Shown here: piece after piece, positions 11,280 through 25,359 of the stretch | Layout of the letters: each line of letters starts with the position of its first letter | Numbering within the stretch: position 1 is the first letter of the stretch | The notes under the pieces: model-generated | What the model was told of the DNA's origin: nothing | The model's input: only the letters and a program-made list of their open reading frames with translations | The model's database searches: none | Position numbers and translations under genes: made by a program | Assembly: GCA_964304625.1 (NCBI GenBank) | Contig: OZ199838.1 | Location: 15,614,929-15,678,928 of the forward strand | Direction: 5' to 3' | From: Kudoa neothunni | Taxonomy: Eukaryota > Animalia > Cnidaria | DNA length: 64,000 nt

Positions 11280-12600
11280 ATTTTGGAATTTATACATTCT
11301 AATCGATTATTAGTTCTATTTAATAAAGTACCCTTTAGGTTCATGTATGCCAGCTACCATTCATGTTTGATTGGATCACAAGATTTATTATAATAACTAA
11401 TGATTTTTTTGTTACATGTCTTATTTAACAATTCATGGTAATTTTCATAAATTTTTGGATCATTGGTATAACAAAGATTTTAAATCAACTCTAAGACAGT
11501 TTTTCTTTCAACACTGTTTATTCCCATTCTAAGTGTAGAGATTTCTCTCCCAAATGTTCTTAAGACATGGTACTGGCATAAGTTTGTATTTAAATTAGGA
11601 AATACAGGTCTTATAGAGTTTCTTTCAATCATATCTTTATCCGTAATGATAAAAACTGTTTTGGTTGACATTTCATTATTATGTTTAAGTAGAGGTTGAC
11701 ATAACCAGGTAAAAATCACTGTACTCTCCTTAGATAAATGAGCAATAGTTCCTTTTTGACTTTGCCCAATGGAATCGATAAATAGGCATATATACAAGAC
11801 AGTGGCATACGATTATTGATTAACTTATAAGTGTCATCTATAAATACCATTTGGGGGAATTTTTTAATAACGTTTTTCATATAAAGGTCTTGGAAAAATA
11901 TTCCAGTAATTTCATTGGAATTATTGTGCAGTATTTCGATAGATGCATTTGGGTGAGAATTTTTTTATTGAATTAAACAACTCCGAAATATAAGACAAAC
12001 ATTTTTTTAGTGTTTGGATATAATTATAGATTTGCTTCAGCGAAACCTTTTTTTGTGATCGGTTTATGATTTTGACTTGGATTCTTTTAAAATTTCCATC
12101 ATAAAAATGAACATTTTTTATAAGGTTTTTTCTTTTTTCATCTAATTTTCTATTCATTGTTAACAAATCCCTAAAATGCTCATTTCTGTTGCAGCTGTGA
12201 GTAAGATCCGATTTTCTAATAACTAACATGTTCATGTTTTTGGGGACTCGTAGTGTAATGAAGAAATTGCAACCACTATTAGATCGTATCTGAATTCAAA
12301 TTTATATCATACGTGTATATAGATACTTGCATTTTTGCAATCATGAACACATTGAAAAGTGGCCTCATAATAAACAAGATCGGAGTTCATGTCTTTATCA
12401 AATTTTTGTAGGGCATTTGAGATTTTTCTAGAGTCTCGGATCCAGTATCAAAAGTGGTTCCACTTTGAGTATTTATCCATGAATTCTTTAGCCTGCTCAA
12501 AGTTTGTAAATGCATTTCTAACCTTAGGTTCAGATGTAATATCCTGAATTAGTAGTGTTTGATCAGACTCTCCCTCCATAGTGATTCTACTCGTGACTAT
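11280..12600 (-). mobile_element. Degenerate MULE (ZSWIM-type) transposase
   Basis: VFIITDKD...VFP...LCQYHVLR motif in ORF 11480-11797, with broken frames on either side. Confidence 0.75.
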
Positions 12601-12899
12601 CAACGTTATAACTGCACGCTAGAGATTTTTATGCTCATTTATGGTGCTGTAACACAAAATTAGATTAATTACGAAAATAATATAGATTTATAAAAAATTT
12701 AATGTTATTTATATTGATACTTATGAATGAGTTTAAAATATCCTCAATGTAGTTTGATGCCTAATTGTTAACTAGATGATAAATCAAACAAGGCTTATAT
12801 TCCGAATTTATATACGATATTTTTTGGAACAAATAGTAACGATTGGATTATTATTTTTATAGAAAAAGCACACCCGGCAAAATAGACACTACCTACAAA

Positions 12900-14045
12900 A
12901 AATTATTAACTAACACTAATCTTACTACATTAATATCTATATTTAAAGGTTCAGAAGGTATTTTTATTATGGTGAAAAATGAGACGATTTTATGAAATTT
13001 GAAAAAAGTTTATTATTAAAACTATTTTGTATAAAATTGCTATACATCAACAGTATAAAATCTAAATAGTAATAATAAATAACTTTTGAGTTAATATTTA
13101 AGAAAGAAACAAAATAATTCAATGTTTGTTGAAAAAAGCACATTAAAGTTTATGTTTTGTCATAAGATATTCTTTTGACCAATAAAAATTAATTTTCTTG
13201 TGTTTTCTTCATCTCTATTACTTTTTCTATTTTTATCTCTTAAAAAATTAGTGGTGCACACATTTTCCGAGCCGGTCCAGAATTATACTTTAAAAACCCC
13301 CGGACCAAAAAATAACGTATTAGATAGCACTTTAAGAGAGTTTAAATAATTCAGGAACGAAAATAAATATGACACTGACCTAAAATTATTTAGCATCCGT
13401 GCAGAGACAAGAAATTATTAATTAAAATACAGAATTGATACATTTCTGCACAGGAATGATCATGATTTAAATTTCGAAATCGAAATCAACAAAATATGGT
13501 GCCTACAAAAAATTTAGTTTGACTTATTCTATAAATCAATTTGAAACATAATATTTTTTTGAATGGTATAAAGAAACGTCTCCATGCGAAATCTTCCCTA
13601 AGCAACGCTGGGCAATTTGTGCTAGTATCTTATAAAAATCTGGAAAGTGAGTAAATTAATCAACTGATAAAATATATTACTCATGGTTTGATGTGTTCAT
13701 GAATCAAAAATAATAATTTCGCGCTATATATTTGTTTTACCTTATTAAATTAACTAGTTATCCATGTAATGGATATCAAATCATTTGAGAAAATTAAGAT
13801 TTTACCGATAATACAATCAGTTAGGTTCACTTATTAAGTAATTCAGCAAACTTTAGATAAATAAAACTTTTTTTGAATGATTAAAAGATTTGGAGTAGTC
13901 ACATTAGAATACAACAAACATCTAAAACAGCTGAAATTTAAAATGTGGGCATGCGTAGAACACGGTATCGGAATGGGTACCGGTATCGGCGAGTACTGAA
14001 ATTTAGAGTACTCGTTTTAAAAAATGTGATATCGGTACATCCCTA
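12900..14045 (-). repeat. Composite repeat (hAT-like TAGGG end plus Helitron 3' part), left arm of an inverted pair
   Basis: Reverse complement aligns with 18281-18866 plus 20206-20780. Terminus TAGGGATGTACCGATA. Internal hairpin followed by CTAG at 13622-13625. Confidence 0.8.
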
Positions 14046-14404
14046 GTTGTTAATAATCTATGAAATACGATAAGTTAGTTATGGGTATAATAGGAGATCA
14101 GGGAATTATGCGTCAACCTTCTAAATTTGTCATATTTATTATTATAACAAAAAAATAATGCATGGAATATTTGAAACAATAAAGAAACGTTACAAACAAC
14201 ACTACAGAAATTAGAGGACCGTTAAGTACAATCGTTGCATAACATATTTTAATGTTATTATATTAAATATTCTTTTTTTAACAATGTGGAGTCTACAATA
14301 AAATAATTTATAACGATGGAAAGACGAAAATCATCAAAAATGGAAAATGATAGATATAAAATTCTTTATCCGTTATATTTTGAATTTAAAAAAAATTCAA
14401 ATCA

Positions 14405-15856
14405 TTAGCTTGATGGTTGTTCGTCATCCTGAGCGTTATTAAGCGAATTATCTTTTGTATAATGTTCATCATCTTGGTCCATTTGTTTCCAGCAAATAAT
14501 TTTGCAAGCGTCAAATGATTTAAAGTTATTGCTATTTCCATTTAGACCTCCAAACATGAACGGACGGCATTTAAATTGATCCTCGGAGCTATCAAAATAC
14601 CACCTTTTAACATTTAGATTTCCATTAATATTATCAGTTTTGCTGTATTCACCAGATTTTGGCAGATAACAAACAGGCTCTCTTTCTATAGCTCTCTTTT
14701 CTTCAGGCTTGTCTATTTGATTTTAAGTAATTACTTTTACTTAAAGTGGATAATTTACCCCATCCACAATAACTTTCGCAGATTTCAGCTGAAGGAAAAT
14801 TATTTTTGTTGATGTCAAAAGTACCAGGCCAGCTCTCAAAGCGTGAACAACCCTTGTTGCTATGGTCGTAATAGAATCTTATTGTTGGTTTCGCGGTTGG
14901 ATCTGATGTTGGTTTTCCAAACTGATCAGGCTGCACTCTACTACATGCAGGTATTTTTTGTTTCATTTTTTCCTTTTCATCAGTAATTGTTTCATCATAT
15001 TCATTTGCTATTGAAATATTATTTAAATTATGCGATAATTAATTACGAAAACATTTTTTGACACATGCATTAATATTATCGAACGCTCCTCTTATCTTTG
15101 TATTATCATCCTTCAACCCTGCAGCCGCGTACACACACTGCTTCTCATTAATTAATGCGATAGCTTTGATTTTGGCTTCTCTCGTCTGAAGGTCTGGTTT
15201 CAAATGACAATCATGATAACTTGGAATGGCGTACATCTCTTTATCGGCTACATTGTTTAATTTAACGTTACCGGTTGGTTTCCCATATTCCTCATCTTCG
15301 TGCAAAAATATGACTATCAATCAAATATATTTGTACGAAACATACTATAACAGAATATTTTGCATTCTTCTTGCGTATCGTATCTGTTTCTATTCCCACC
15401 GCAACCTGTGTAATCAAAACTTTCACAAGTGGAAGTGGACCGGATCCATGACCACTTTTTTGTGTTCTTATCACTGCAAAAACCCTTTTGTTTCGGATCG
15501 TCTTCACACCCATTAATTTTATCAGAAATAGGATTTTCAACTATACAGAATTATTTTATTTCATCAATAGAAACTTTACGATGTCTTTTGCATTCTATTT
15601 CCGTTCTAAAGTTATTAAAATTTCCTTTTGTACCTCTGTATTGGAATGTTTCGCATTTGGTTGTCGTATTATTAATATACCATCTTGTGAGTTCGTTGTT
15701 TATGCCTTCTCCTTCCTTAAATTCACCCGCATCTTTTTCATATGAATTAAGTGCTGGTTCTATATTAACATTATATAGACTGGACGAAAAATGTTTACCA
15801 AGTTTTATATTAGAATAATTGGTGTTTATAACAGTAAATATTAATAAAAATAACAT
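14405..15856 (-). CDS. Five-Kunitz protein, copy D (inverted)
   Basis: Minus-strand ORFs 15551-15856, 15039-15320 and 14703-14966 match exons of the family. Loop is PKQKGFCSDKNTKKW. Stop TAA at 14405-14407. Confidence 0.88.
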
Positions 15857-16111
15857 TTTTCCCAGCTATAGTAAACGCTATTCACCAATACTAATATTTA
15901 ATTGGAAACGTCGTTAAAAAATAATATGCCGATGTTTCTAAGTACAGCTAATCAATCAATATTATTATTCATTGACCACAACGCGAGAGATGTCGTACTC
16001 AACGTTGTTTTCATTACGAATATTTTTTTATTTTTTGTTGATAAATATAATCGAACAATTTACATAATATAAATTTATACAAAATTAATTTTTGAAATAT
16101 ATAGATATAAC

Positions 16112-16739
16112 TAGAGGTCGTAATTTTCGACGACTATTTTTAAAAAATTCGACGGTAAAATCGACGTTTATTTTAATGACTAGCACACGCGTGACATAAA
16201 CTTTATTACTGAGCAGCTCGGTGTCAATGAAATGTACATAAATATAATTCTTATATAAAATTTTACTTTAGAATATAATATTTAAAGCATCCTCACTCGT
16301 TTGAATGCTAGATTCACTTTATACCTTTTGAGAAAAATCTTCAATTTTGAAAAACTTCTTTCCATGACTGAAGGTGACAGCGGTATACGCAACTAACCTT
16401 GTCCTACCCTAGACAATATGGAATACATTTATTTTTTTATTCTCTAAAATCCAGGGACTATCATTCTATCATTTCTATGGAGTTTAAGTTTCAACAAATC
16501 TTGCTGTGGGATTTCTCGTTGATTGACGTTAACAAATTTTGGTATATTTTTTGGGTAAATTTCATCGTTTAAATCTGTTTATTTAGCTATATCATTTTCA
16601 ATTCGTCTGTTTTTCTTCCCACAATAAAAAGAAAAATATAAGACGAATTATTTCGATTTTAGGATAAAAATGTAGAAATATTTTAAAAATACTCGTCGTT
16701 TTCAACGTTTATCGATTTAATCTAAAATTACGACATCTA
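16112..16739 (-). mobile_element. Short hAT derivative
   Basis: TIRs TAGAGGTCGTAATTTT / AAAATTACGACATCTA, TSD gatataac/gatgtaat. Internal LRIPLSPSVMERSFSKL remnant. Confidence 0.8.
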
Positions 16740-17199
16740 GATGTAATCCTATTGATCAAACTCCAATTTATTGTTAATATGATCATAAATATTGACAGTG
16801 GCTATTGCGACGGATGGGAATATTTGCTAAATTAATGCTCATATCAAAATTAATTTCATAAATACATATATTCATAAATGAACTATTAATAAAAAAAATT
16901 TCAAAGAAAAATAAATCGGTTGACTTTTTACCTACAAATTGGCCATATATACATACATACATTGTTTAATATTTTTCTTCAATAAACTCATATTTAAGTT
17001 AATGTATGTGTAATTATGAGATCTTTCCGTTGATTTTAGATAACAAAAATTATCGAGAAGCCGATACCAGAGTCGCTAGACGATTTTTTAAATCGTACCA
17101 AATAGTACCAAAAAATTTAAAATCTTATTAAAATTTTAAAAAAGGTACCATATTTTAAAAATGATACAAAAGATATAATTCTAGCAACATTAAACTAAT

Positions 17200-18280
17200 C
17201 GAAGGAGAAAAAAATAATTGATAGGATTTATATATCAAAATATTAAGTCATCACTGTCCTCCTCATCATATAGGTTTATTTTTTCCATCATTTTAATTAA
17301 TTAGTCAGATAGATTCCACCTCATACGGCTGGTGTCTCTCAGTAAACATTCAGTATATAGTAGAAAATTTATTGTTTCATTTTCCAATAGAAATCTGTTT
17401 TTTAACTTTTCTTTTATTTTCTAATGAAAATAATCTCTTGGCAGATCCAGGTGAATGAAGCAAGGCAAGTAAAGATAGCATTAATTTGGACAGTAATCCA
17501 TACTTAAATGTTTCTCCTCTTCTTTCATTTGTGACCACATATCAATATTTGTTTGGGTCTTTTTCAATTGGATGACCTTTATTTTACTAGCTAAGTTCTA
17601 TTTATTCACCCTCCAAATTTAAATACTCATCTTCGGCAATTATATTTAGAAATCTCGTTGAGAGGGGTATAATGTAATGGGTTCTTCCTTCACTGACATT
17701 TGAAGGATGCATTTCTTCAAATATTTGTAAATAAATAAATAAATAAATTTTTCGATGTTTAAAAACCTTTGAAATATCTGTCTCGTCAGTAATAAAAGGG
17801 GAATTCAGAGTTTCTGTAAGAAAGTAAACAAGATCTTCAGTACTTATTCCAGTAATATTTTCATTCTAAAGTGATTCCACTTCCCATCTATAATAATACT
17901 TATCCGGAAGAGTATAATTTAAGAAGTACATAAACTTTAAGCTCCAGAAGATGTTATTTTTTGATCATGGGTAATAAAAGTTAAAAAAAGAATAGTATAT
18001 TTTATTTATGGTCTAACATTGAGAAACGTTGTGAGAACTGCCTATTCTTCCAATATTTTAAGAATAACTTGCTCAAGAGACAACCATCCTATGCAGAAGA
18101 GTTACAATATTATCATATGCTCGATTGGAATAATTATTGTAATTCTTTATATTCAATTTGATGTTTTGAGTTATTTGAGGGACATGAATGGATATTTAGC
18201 GCCAAATTTTCAACCACATTTTTTCATTATGTGGCATGCATTTATCCTAATTTCATCTCGAAACTCGTTGACCATAAAAC
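17200..18280 (-). mobile_element. Degenerate hAT-like transposase relic (boundaries approximate)
   Basis: Minus-strand FKYGLLSKLMLSLLALLHSPGSAKRLFSL near 17420-17510 resembles the hAT C-terminal motif. Confidence 0.6.
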
Positions 18281-20780
18281 TAGGGTAGCACCGATACCAC
18301 ATTTTTTAAAAAGAGTACTCCAAATTTCAGTACTCGAAGATAACGATACCTACTCCGATACCATGTTCTACACACACCCACATTTTAAATATAAATTGTT
18401 TTAGATGTTTGTTGTATTCTATTGAGATTACGCCCAAATTTTTAGTCATTCAAAAGAAAGTTTAATTCCTCTAAAATACATTGATTTAACTTAATAAGGG
18501 AACATAACTGATTGTATTATCGGTCAGTAAAATATTAATTTTCTCAAATGTTTTGATATCCATTACATGGATAACTAGTTAATATAGTAAGGGAAAAACA
18601 AATATTTAACGCGAGATTTTTATTTTTGATTCATAAACACATCAAACCATGAGTAATATATTTTATTAGATAATTAGATTATTCACTTGCTAGGTTTTTA
18701 TAAGATATTAGCGCAAACCGCCCAGCGATGCTTGGAGAAGATTTCGTATAGAGACGTTTCTTTATAACATTCAAAAAAATATTATGTTTCAAATTAATTT
18801 ATAGAAGCAGTAAAACTAAATTTTTTTTATGCATTATATTTTGTCGATTTAGATCTCGAAATTTAACCCTCTAAGTATAATTGGGGTCTTTTGTACCCCA
18901 GGCGACATTAATTATCAATGTTCTACCACATTAACTTATAAAAAATTTCCGGCAGGCAGTTTTCCTCGAAAATTTTCTGTAGTAAAATTCCACTAGTCAA
19001 CAAACTTTTTCATTCTGTAGAAAAAAAGTTAAGTTAAAAACACCCTCCAAGTAAAATTGGATCCAAAAGATCCCAAGATTTTTTTTTATTTAATTATCCA
19101 AAATATTGAAGTAAATATTTGGGAAAACTTTTAAAAAATTCTATCGAGTAAATATATTTACATTGCATAAATATCATATCTTAGTTTGAATCATGTATGC
19201 ACCATAATTAATTCTAAAGATTTGTTCGAGCTATCTTAATAATAATTATTCCGGTACCGAATCTTCAAATTCATTTTCATCGTTTCATGATTATTTATCG
19301 TTAGAACAATTTGATATTGGTACAGATATATAACTTAACTCAATAATACAACAGAACGGAATGTTATGGTTGATGAACTCGCCGTCGGCATCTAGAACAT
19401 TTATTGCAAATATTATGAATAGTCGTCATGATGTCTCTCCGTTTTATTACAAAATACAATTGATACCTTCAGAATAATATTTAATTCTGTTATGGGCGCA
19501 ATCATTTTAAAATATACCAGTACAAGGTGAAAAAATTTTTGGTGATAGATGGATCGAATTGGATGGGTTCATTAGCTGTTTATTTCTGAAGGGATATCAC
19601 AGGGATAATCGAGAATCGGTTAAAGAGATACTTGGATTAGAAGAACGAAAGATATATCAAGATTTATTCTCTTTACATAGATTCCGCCAAATAATGCGTT
19701 TTACACTTTGATGGTATGGGAAATATTTTGGTAACGGAATAATCCGGGAAATTTAATCATATTAATGAACTACAACATATTTTGGTGGATTTTTTTAAGG
19801 GTCATCTCCTCCCTAATGAACATTTCAAGCATATCTATGTTACCTGTTTTTATGGAATAGTCTATGCCAGGATTGTGATGATTTTTTATCACATTACGCG
19901 TAAATTAAATAAAGAATTAATTTTGCTGAGTTGAATTTTGAGTTACGTTTATAGAAAATATGTGATCTCAAAAGTAACACATACGCGTGCTGTGGTCAAA
20001 ATATTTCTCTATCATTCACACATTCGCACACCATATTACATAATGTCATTTATGAAATTACTGAATACACAATAATCAATGAAATATTTTAAAAACCTAA
20101 AAAATTCATATTATAATTTTTTCATATATTTTATCAAATAAAAACGTGGGCGTTTTGAAACCCAATTATAATTGGAGGATGTAAATTTTAATATGACTTA
20201 GAAGGTTAATTCATGATCATTTCTGGGCAGGAGTGTATAAATCCTGATTTTTAATTAGAAAATTCTTGTCCCAGCACAAACGCCAAATAATGTAAAGTCA
20301 GTGTCATTTATTTTCGTTCCGGAATTATTTAAACTCTCTTAAAAAGCAATCTAATACATTATTTTTTGGCCCGAGGGATCATTAAGTCGAATTATGGGCC
20401 GGCTCGGAAAATGTGTGCACCAATAACTTTTTAAGGTATAAAAAATAGAAAAAGTAATAATGGTGAAGAAAACACAAGAAAATTAATTTTTATTGTTCAA
20501 ATTAATACCCACTGGCCCCACATAAACTTTAATGGGCTTTTTCAGCTAATATTGAATTATTTTGTTTCTTTTATAGTTATTAACTCAAAAGTTATTTATT
20601 ATTACTATTTAGATTTTTTATTATTGATATATAACAATTTTATGTAGACTAACTTTAAAAATAAACTTTTTGCAAATTTCACAAAAGCATCTCATTTTTC
20701 ACTATAATAAAAATACCTTCTGAAATTTTAAATATAGATATTTACGTAGTAAGATTTATGTTGGTTTATAATTTTTTTTA
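18281..20780 (+). repeat. Right arm of the composite inverted repeat, interrupted by a piggyBac relic
   Basis: Begins TAGGGTAGCACCGATA and is homologous to the reverse complement of 12900-14045. Confidence 0.8.
18867..20205 (+). mobile_element. Degenerate piggyBac element
   Basis: TTAA-CCCTCTAAGT ... ACTTAGAAGG-TTAA. The paralogous arm near 13467 has a single TTAA (empty site). Decayed transposase-like coding inside. Confidence 0.85.
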
Positions 20781-21750
20781 TTAAATTTTTTATTAGAAAT
20801 TAAGAATTATTCAGTTTTTATTATTAAAATTCAGGAGCCTAATTTTTTAAAATGATTATATTAATTTTTTTACCTTAAAGTGTGTGAAAAATCATTGAAA
20901 ACAAATTTTTGAAATATATTTTTATTGTTCTATTAGTTTTTTATATGCCAAAATTTCCTGGCAACAAATTCGGCGAAATATACAAATTGAGAATATTACA
21001 AGCTTTAAACACAATATTTGTTAACTGGGGTTATTATTTTTATCGGTCACATATAACTGACTAGAACAAATAAATTTTTAGAACTAACAATTCTTTGAAG
21101 TTATAATAACATTTTTACGTTCATCAAATGTAATATTAAACACACGTAAGAATTTCTCGAATAAAGTGATAACTTACTATAATATATCTTAAGTTATTTC
21201 TCTATTAAAATTAAATATTGATCTAAAATATCTTGTTGATTAATTATTATAAAAACTCAACAGCTCCAAGAAAACTAAGAAAATATTTTCATGGAGCACG
21301 TGGTTGGCTTCTCGTTTTTAAACTATTCATGCTTAAACCCTACAAAAACCTGTATAATTAAATTTTATATTGTAAAATTTGTGTTTGTATAGTAAAAAAT
21401 ATGAAATTGAACCAATGTATGAATGATTATCGAAAAAAATTAGAGATCAATTCAACGTTTGTAGAAAAAAATGGAGATTACACGTGTATCTGACCGCGTT
21501 CGAATGAAAAATTCTTATAATTTTAAAGTTATTATTTTGAGCAGAATTTCTGCCACCCATATTCTTTTATTTTATTATCAAGAGTCATGAAAAAATAAAT
21601 GCGAAAAACATGAACAAGAGTACGTTTTGTAGGTGCCGCATACTTTCCCATTTTCCAAAGAACATTTTAACTAGTTAAAAATATTAAATTACGTTTTTAT
21701 TAACAAAAATGTTTTAAGTTGGGGTTCGGGCCGCACTTTGCCGACCCCTG
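20545..21750. repeat. AT-rich repeat ending in hAT TIR TTGCCGACCCCTG, related copy at ~51970-53190
   Basis: Direct homology 20545-21450 with ~52070-52980. 21445-21555 also appears inverted at ~51970-52090. Confidence 0.65.
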
Positions 21751-22183
21751 ATTTAGAACAACAATAATGTTTGTTTATTATATTGAATATTTACTAAGTT
21801 AAAACGTGTCTGAGCATAGTAGAAACTTAGATTTTTAAAAAGAATGATATTTTACTAAAATTATTTTTAAATTAAAATTTTATCTGTAAACGTATGTGTA
21901 TACATATTTATGCTTAGCAATGAGGATTTATTATAACGTTTATTTTTCTATGTTTTCTAGGGTTAATTCAATTTGGTATATTTAAAGTATATAAACTGAT
22001 CGTTTATATTTAAAAAAACGAATTAAAAACTGCATCATAAAATCATATCTCGTTTTATGATCAATGAATTATACAATTGATTGATTGATTGCTTATACCA
22101 ATAAACATCGGTGTATTGTTTATTTATCGACGGTTTCAATTAAATATTGGTATTTGTGATTTCCATTTACTATAACTGAAAAA

Positions 22184-23628
22184 ATGTCATTTTTATTAAC
22201 ACTTGTTGTTGTAAACATCAATTATTTTAATATAAAATCAGGTACATGACTTATATCCAATCTACATAATTCCATCATAGAACTACCACTTCCTTCCTAT
22301 GAAAAGGATATGGGTGAATTTAAGGCAGGAGAAGGCATAAACAACGAACTCACAAGATGGTTTATTAATAATACGACAGCTAAATGCGAAACATTCCAAT
22401 ACAGAGGAACAAAAGGAAATTTTAACAATTTTAGAACGAGAGTGGAATGCGAAAGACATCGTAAACTTTCCAGTTATGTCATAGACTAAATTAATATAGT
22501 TGAAAATCCTATTTCTGATAAAATTTATGGGTGCCAGGACATTGCAAAACAAAAAGGATCTTGTAGTGCTACAAGCACACAAAAATGGTCATGGGACCCG
22601 TCTACAGCTAAATGTGTAGGGTTTGATTATACAGGTTGTGGTGGAAATAGAAACAGATACGATTCAGAAGAAGAATGCAAACTTTTCTGTTATAGTATGT
22701 TTTATACAACAATATTTAATAATACTTTTACACGAAGATGTGGAATACGGAAAAAAATCTGATGGAGCCGATTTAGATAATGCAGCCGATAAAACGAAAT
22801 ACGCCATTCCAAATTATCACGATTGCCATTTGAAGCCAGACCTTCAAAAGAGAGAAGCTGATATTAAAGTTATAGCATTAATTGACGAGAAACAATGTGT
22901 ATATGCGGCAGCAGGATCAAGCGATGCACAAAAACCAATAAGAGGAGCGTTCAACACTATTAATGCATGCATTAGAAAATGTTTCCGTATTTAGTAATCT
23001 CATAATTTCAATAATGTTTCAATAGCAAATGAACATGATGAAACAGTTGAAGATAACAATGAAAAAATGAAACAAAAAATACCTGCATGTAGTAGAGTAC
23101 AGCCCGACCAGTTTGACAGGCCAAGTCCACCACCTTCCAACATTAAACCAGAAATAAGATTCTATTATGACCATAGCAACAAAGGTTGTTCACGCTTCGA
23201 GAGTTGGCCTGGAGAATTCGATAAATCTAAAAATAATTTTCCTTCAGCTGAAATTTGTGAAAGTTATTGTGGATGGGGTAAATCATTGAACATGCAAAAT
23301 ATTTACTGACAATTAAATAGATAAGGCTGAAGAAGATCAAGCTATAGAAAGAGAACCTGCTTGTTATCTACCGAAAGCTGGTGTATATAGCACTTCTGAT
23401 AATATTAATGGAAACCTTAATGTTAAGAGGTGGTATTTTGATAGTTCCGAAGATAAATTTAAATGTCTTCCGTTCATGTTTGGTGGTCTTAATGGAAATG
23501 CTAACAATTTTAAATCATTTAATGCTTGCAAAGCTATTTGTTGGACACAAATGGATCCTGATGGCGGTACATACGAAAAAGATGATTCACTCAATAATGT
23601 TAAGGATGACGAACAACCATCAAACTAA
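22184..23628 (+). CDS. Five-Kunitz protein, copy E
   Basis: ATG at 22184 (MSFLLTLVVVNIN). The in-frame TGA at 22247 lies inside intron 1, which is why the ORF track misses the start. Loop is AKQKGSCSATSTQKW. Confidence 0.88.
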
Positions 23629-24083
23629 TGATTTTTATTGTTTATTTTCAAATTCAAACTATAATTTTAAAAAAGGTTTATATCTATTATTTAAATAGTA
23701 AGTGATTTTTGTCTATATATCTTTGTAAGCAGACACGTGGGTGGATATTTGCTTGGGGTAAGCACTCAACGATTTTTCCCCAATATTAGATGACCGTGAA
23801 TTTTGAAACTGTCAACAATTTTTTAAGTCACAATACCCTTTATTCAACCAAACACTTTTGCGGGATACAGAGTAAAGCATGCACGAGAAACAAAAAAGTC
23901 GATTTGTTGTAATACACCCACATAACGATTCTTGTTTGTTGTACCAGATAGGTTGGAATGTTCGAGTAATTTGATCTATCTTTTGTTGTAATTGTGGACA
24001 ACTCTGGGATAGGTCTACCATCAGTAACAATTTTTATTTTTTCGTTCTCCGAAAGCCTTGAAAATGATTTAAAGTATTCATTA

Positions 24084-25201
24084 CTAGCGGGAATTGCCCA
24101 GTGTTGTTGCTTGGGGAAGATTTCGCATAGATACGTTTCTTAACAATATTCAAAAAATATGTTAAAGCCTAAAATTAACCCATAGATGTAAAATAACTAA
24201 AAATTTTTAAGCAATATACTTTAACGATTTGGATCATGAAGTTTAAATTATGTTCATTTCTTTGAAGGTGTGTTCCAATCCTAGCGTTCATTAAAAATTT
24301 CGTGGCTCAGAACCAACGCTAAATAAGTTAAGGTCAGCATCGTATTTTTTTCATTCCCGAATTATTTAAATCTCGTTAGAGTGTTATCTAAAACGTTATT
24401 TTTTGGCCGGAGGATTTTTAAAAGTCGAATTCTGGCCCCGCTCGATAACTGTGTGTACCACTAACTTGTAAGAGATAAAAAAATGGAGAAAGTAATAGAG
24501 ATAGAAGAAAACGTATGAAAATTAATATCCTTTGATCCGCAAAACTTTAATGCGCTTTTTCTAACAAATAATTTAAATAATCGGATGAAATAACCATATA
24601 ACCATCCGCGCTGAATTGAATCATTGAAAGATCAACATAACGGATGGTTTCAATGAAATCTACAGACACGGTACTTGCGTTATAGTGCTTCAATCTATCT
24701 GATTGTAACGCGCATAACCAACCAAATAATAATGCAAATATTGACATTTTTTCGTATCTAAATCCACTAATGAAGCCTTCAAAATGTGTTTATCAAGTCA
24801 ATTACATTAAAACTCCCGATATAAGGAATTTATTTGAGCAAACAACCAAACAAACGCACAAATCTTAAATTTAAAGGCAGATGGCATCGTTCAATCAACA
24901 TACGATAAAGTATATAAGGGAGATAGTTAACTTCAACCGACCATCACCATGACACAAGCAAGAGCTAATCCTATAGTTGAACTCATGTAATCCGATAAAC
25001 AACTTTAAATTGACAAAATCATTATTTCATAAATAGCTTTGGGAAACTTTCGTGCTCCAAAAACAATTAAACTATTTTTTTAAATATCACAAATTTATAA
25101 GAATTTTAGATATGACTCTCTATAAGGAAAAAATTATCCGCACATGCGTACATAGGGAACATACAAACATATCGACAGTCCTCCTTTATATATATAAAGG
25201 A
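24084..25201 (-). mobile_element. Non-autonomous Helitron-like element
   Basis: On the minus strand, 5' A|TCCTTTATATATATAAAG and a 3' hairpin followed by CTAG|T, with no TSD. Homologous along its length to 39297-40432. Confidence 0.75.
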
Positions 25202-25359
25202 TTCTAATCAGTTTTCTTAGTTACATACGCATACATATTTTTACAGCTTTCCGTTAAATAAATATCGTATTATTATTTATAAGAATTAAAATAGTCATGC
25301 AAAATTAATGAAGTCGATATAATTAATAAATGGTTCAAGCGAGTTCGAATGATCCTACA

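Noticed and set aside
10558-21750. Matching hAT TIRs CAGGGGTCGGCAA (10558) and TTGCCGACCCCTG (21750) bracketing 11.2 kb including copy D, suggesting a gene-carrying transposon
   Set aside because: The flanking 8-mers differ (ttaaaacg versus atttagaa), and the left flank does not match the homologous site upstream of copy F. They are probably ends of separate or rearranged insertions.
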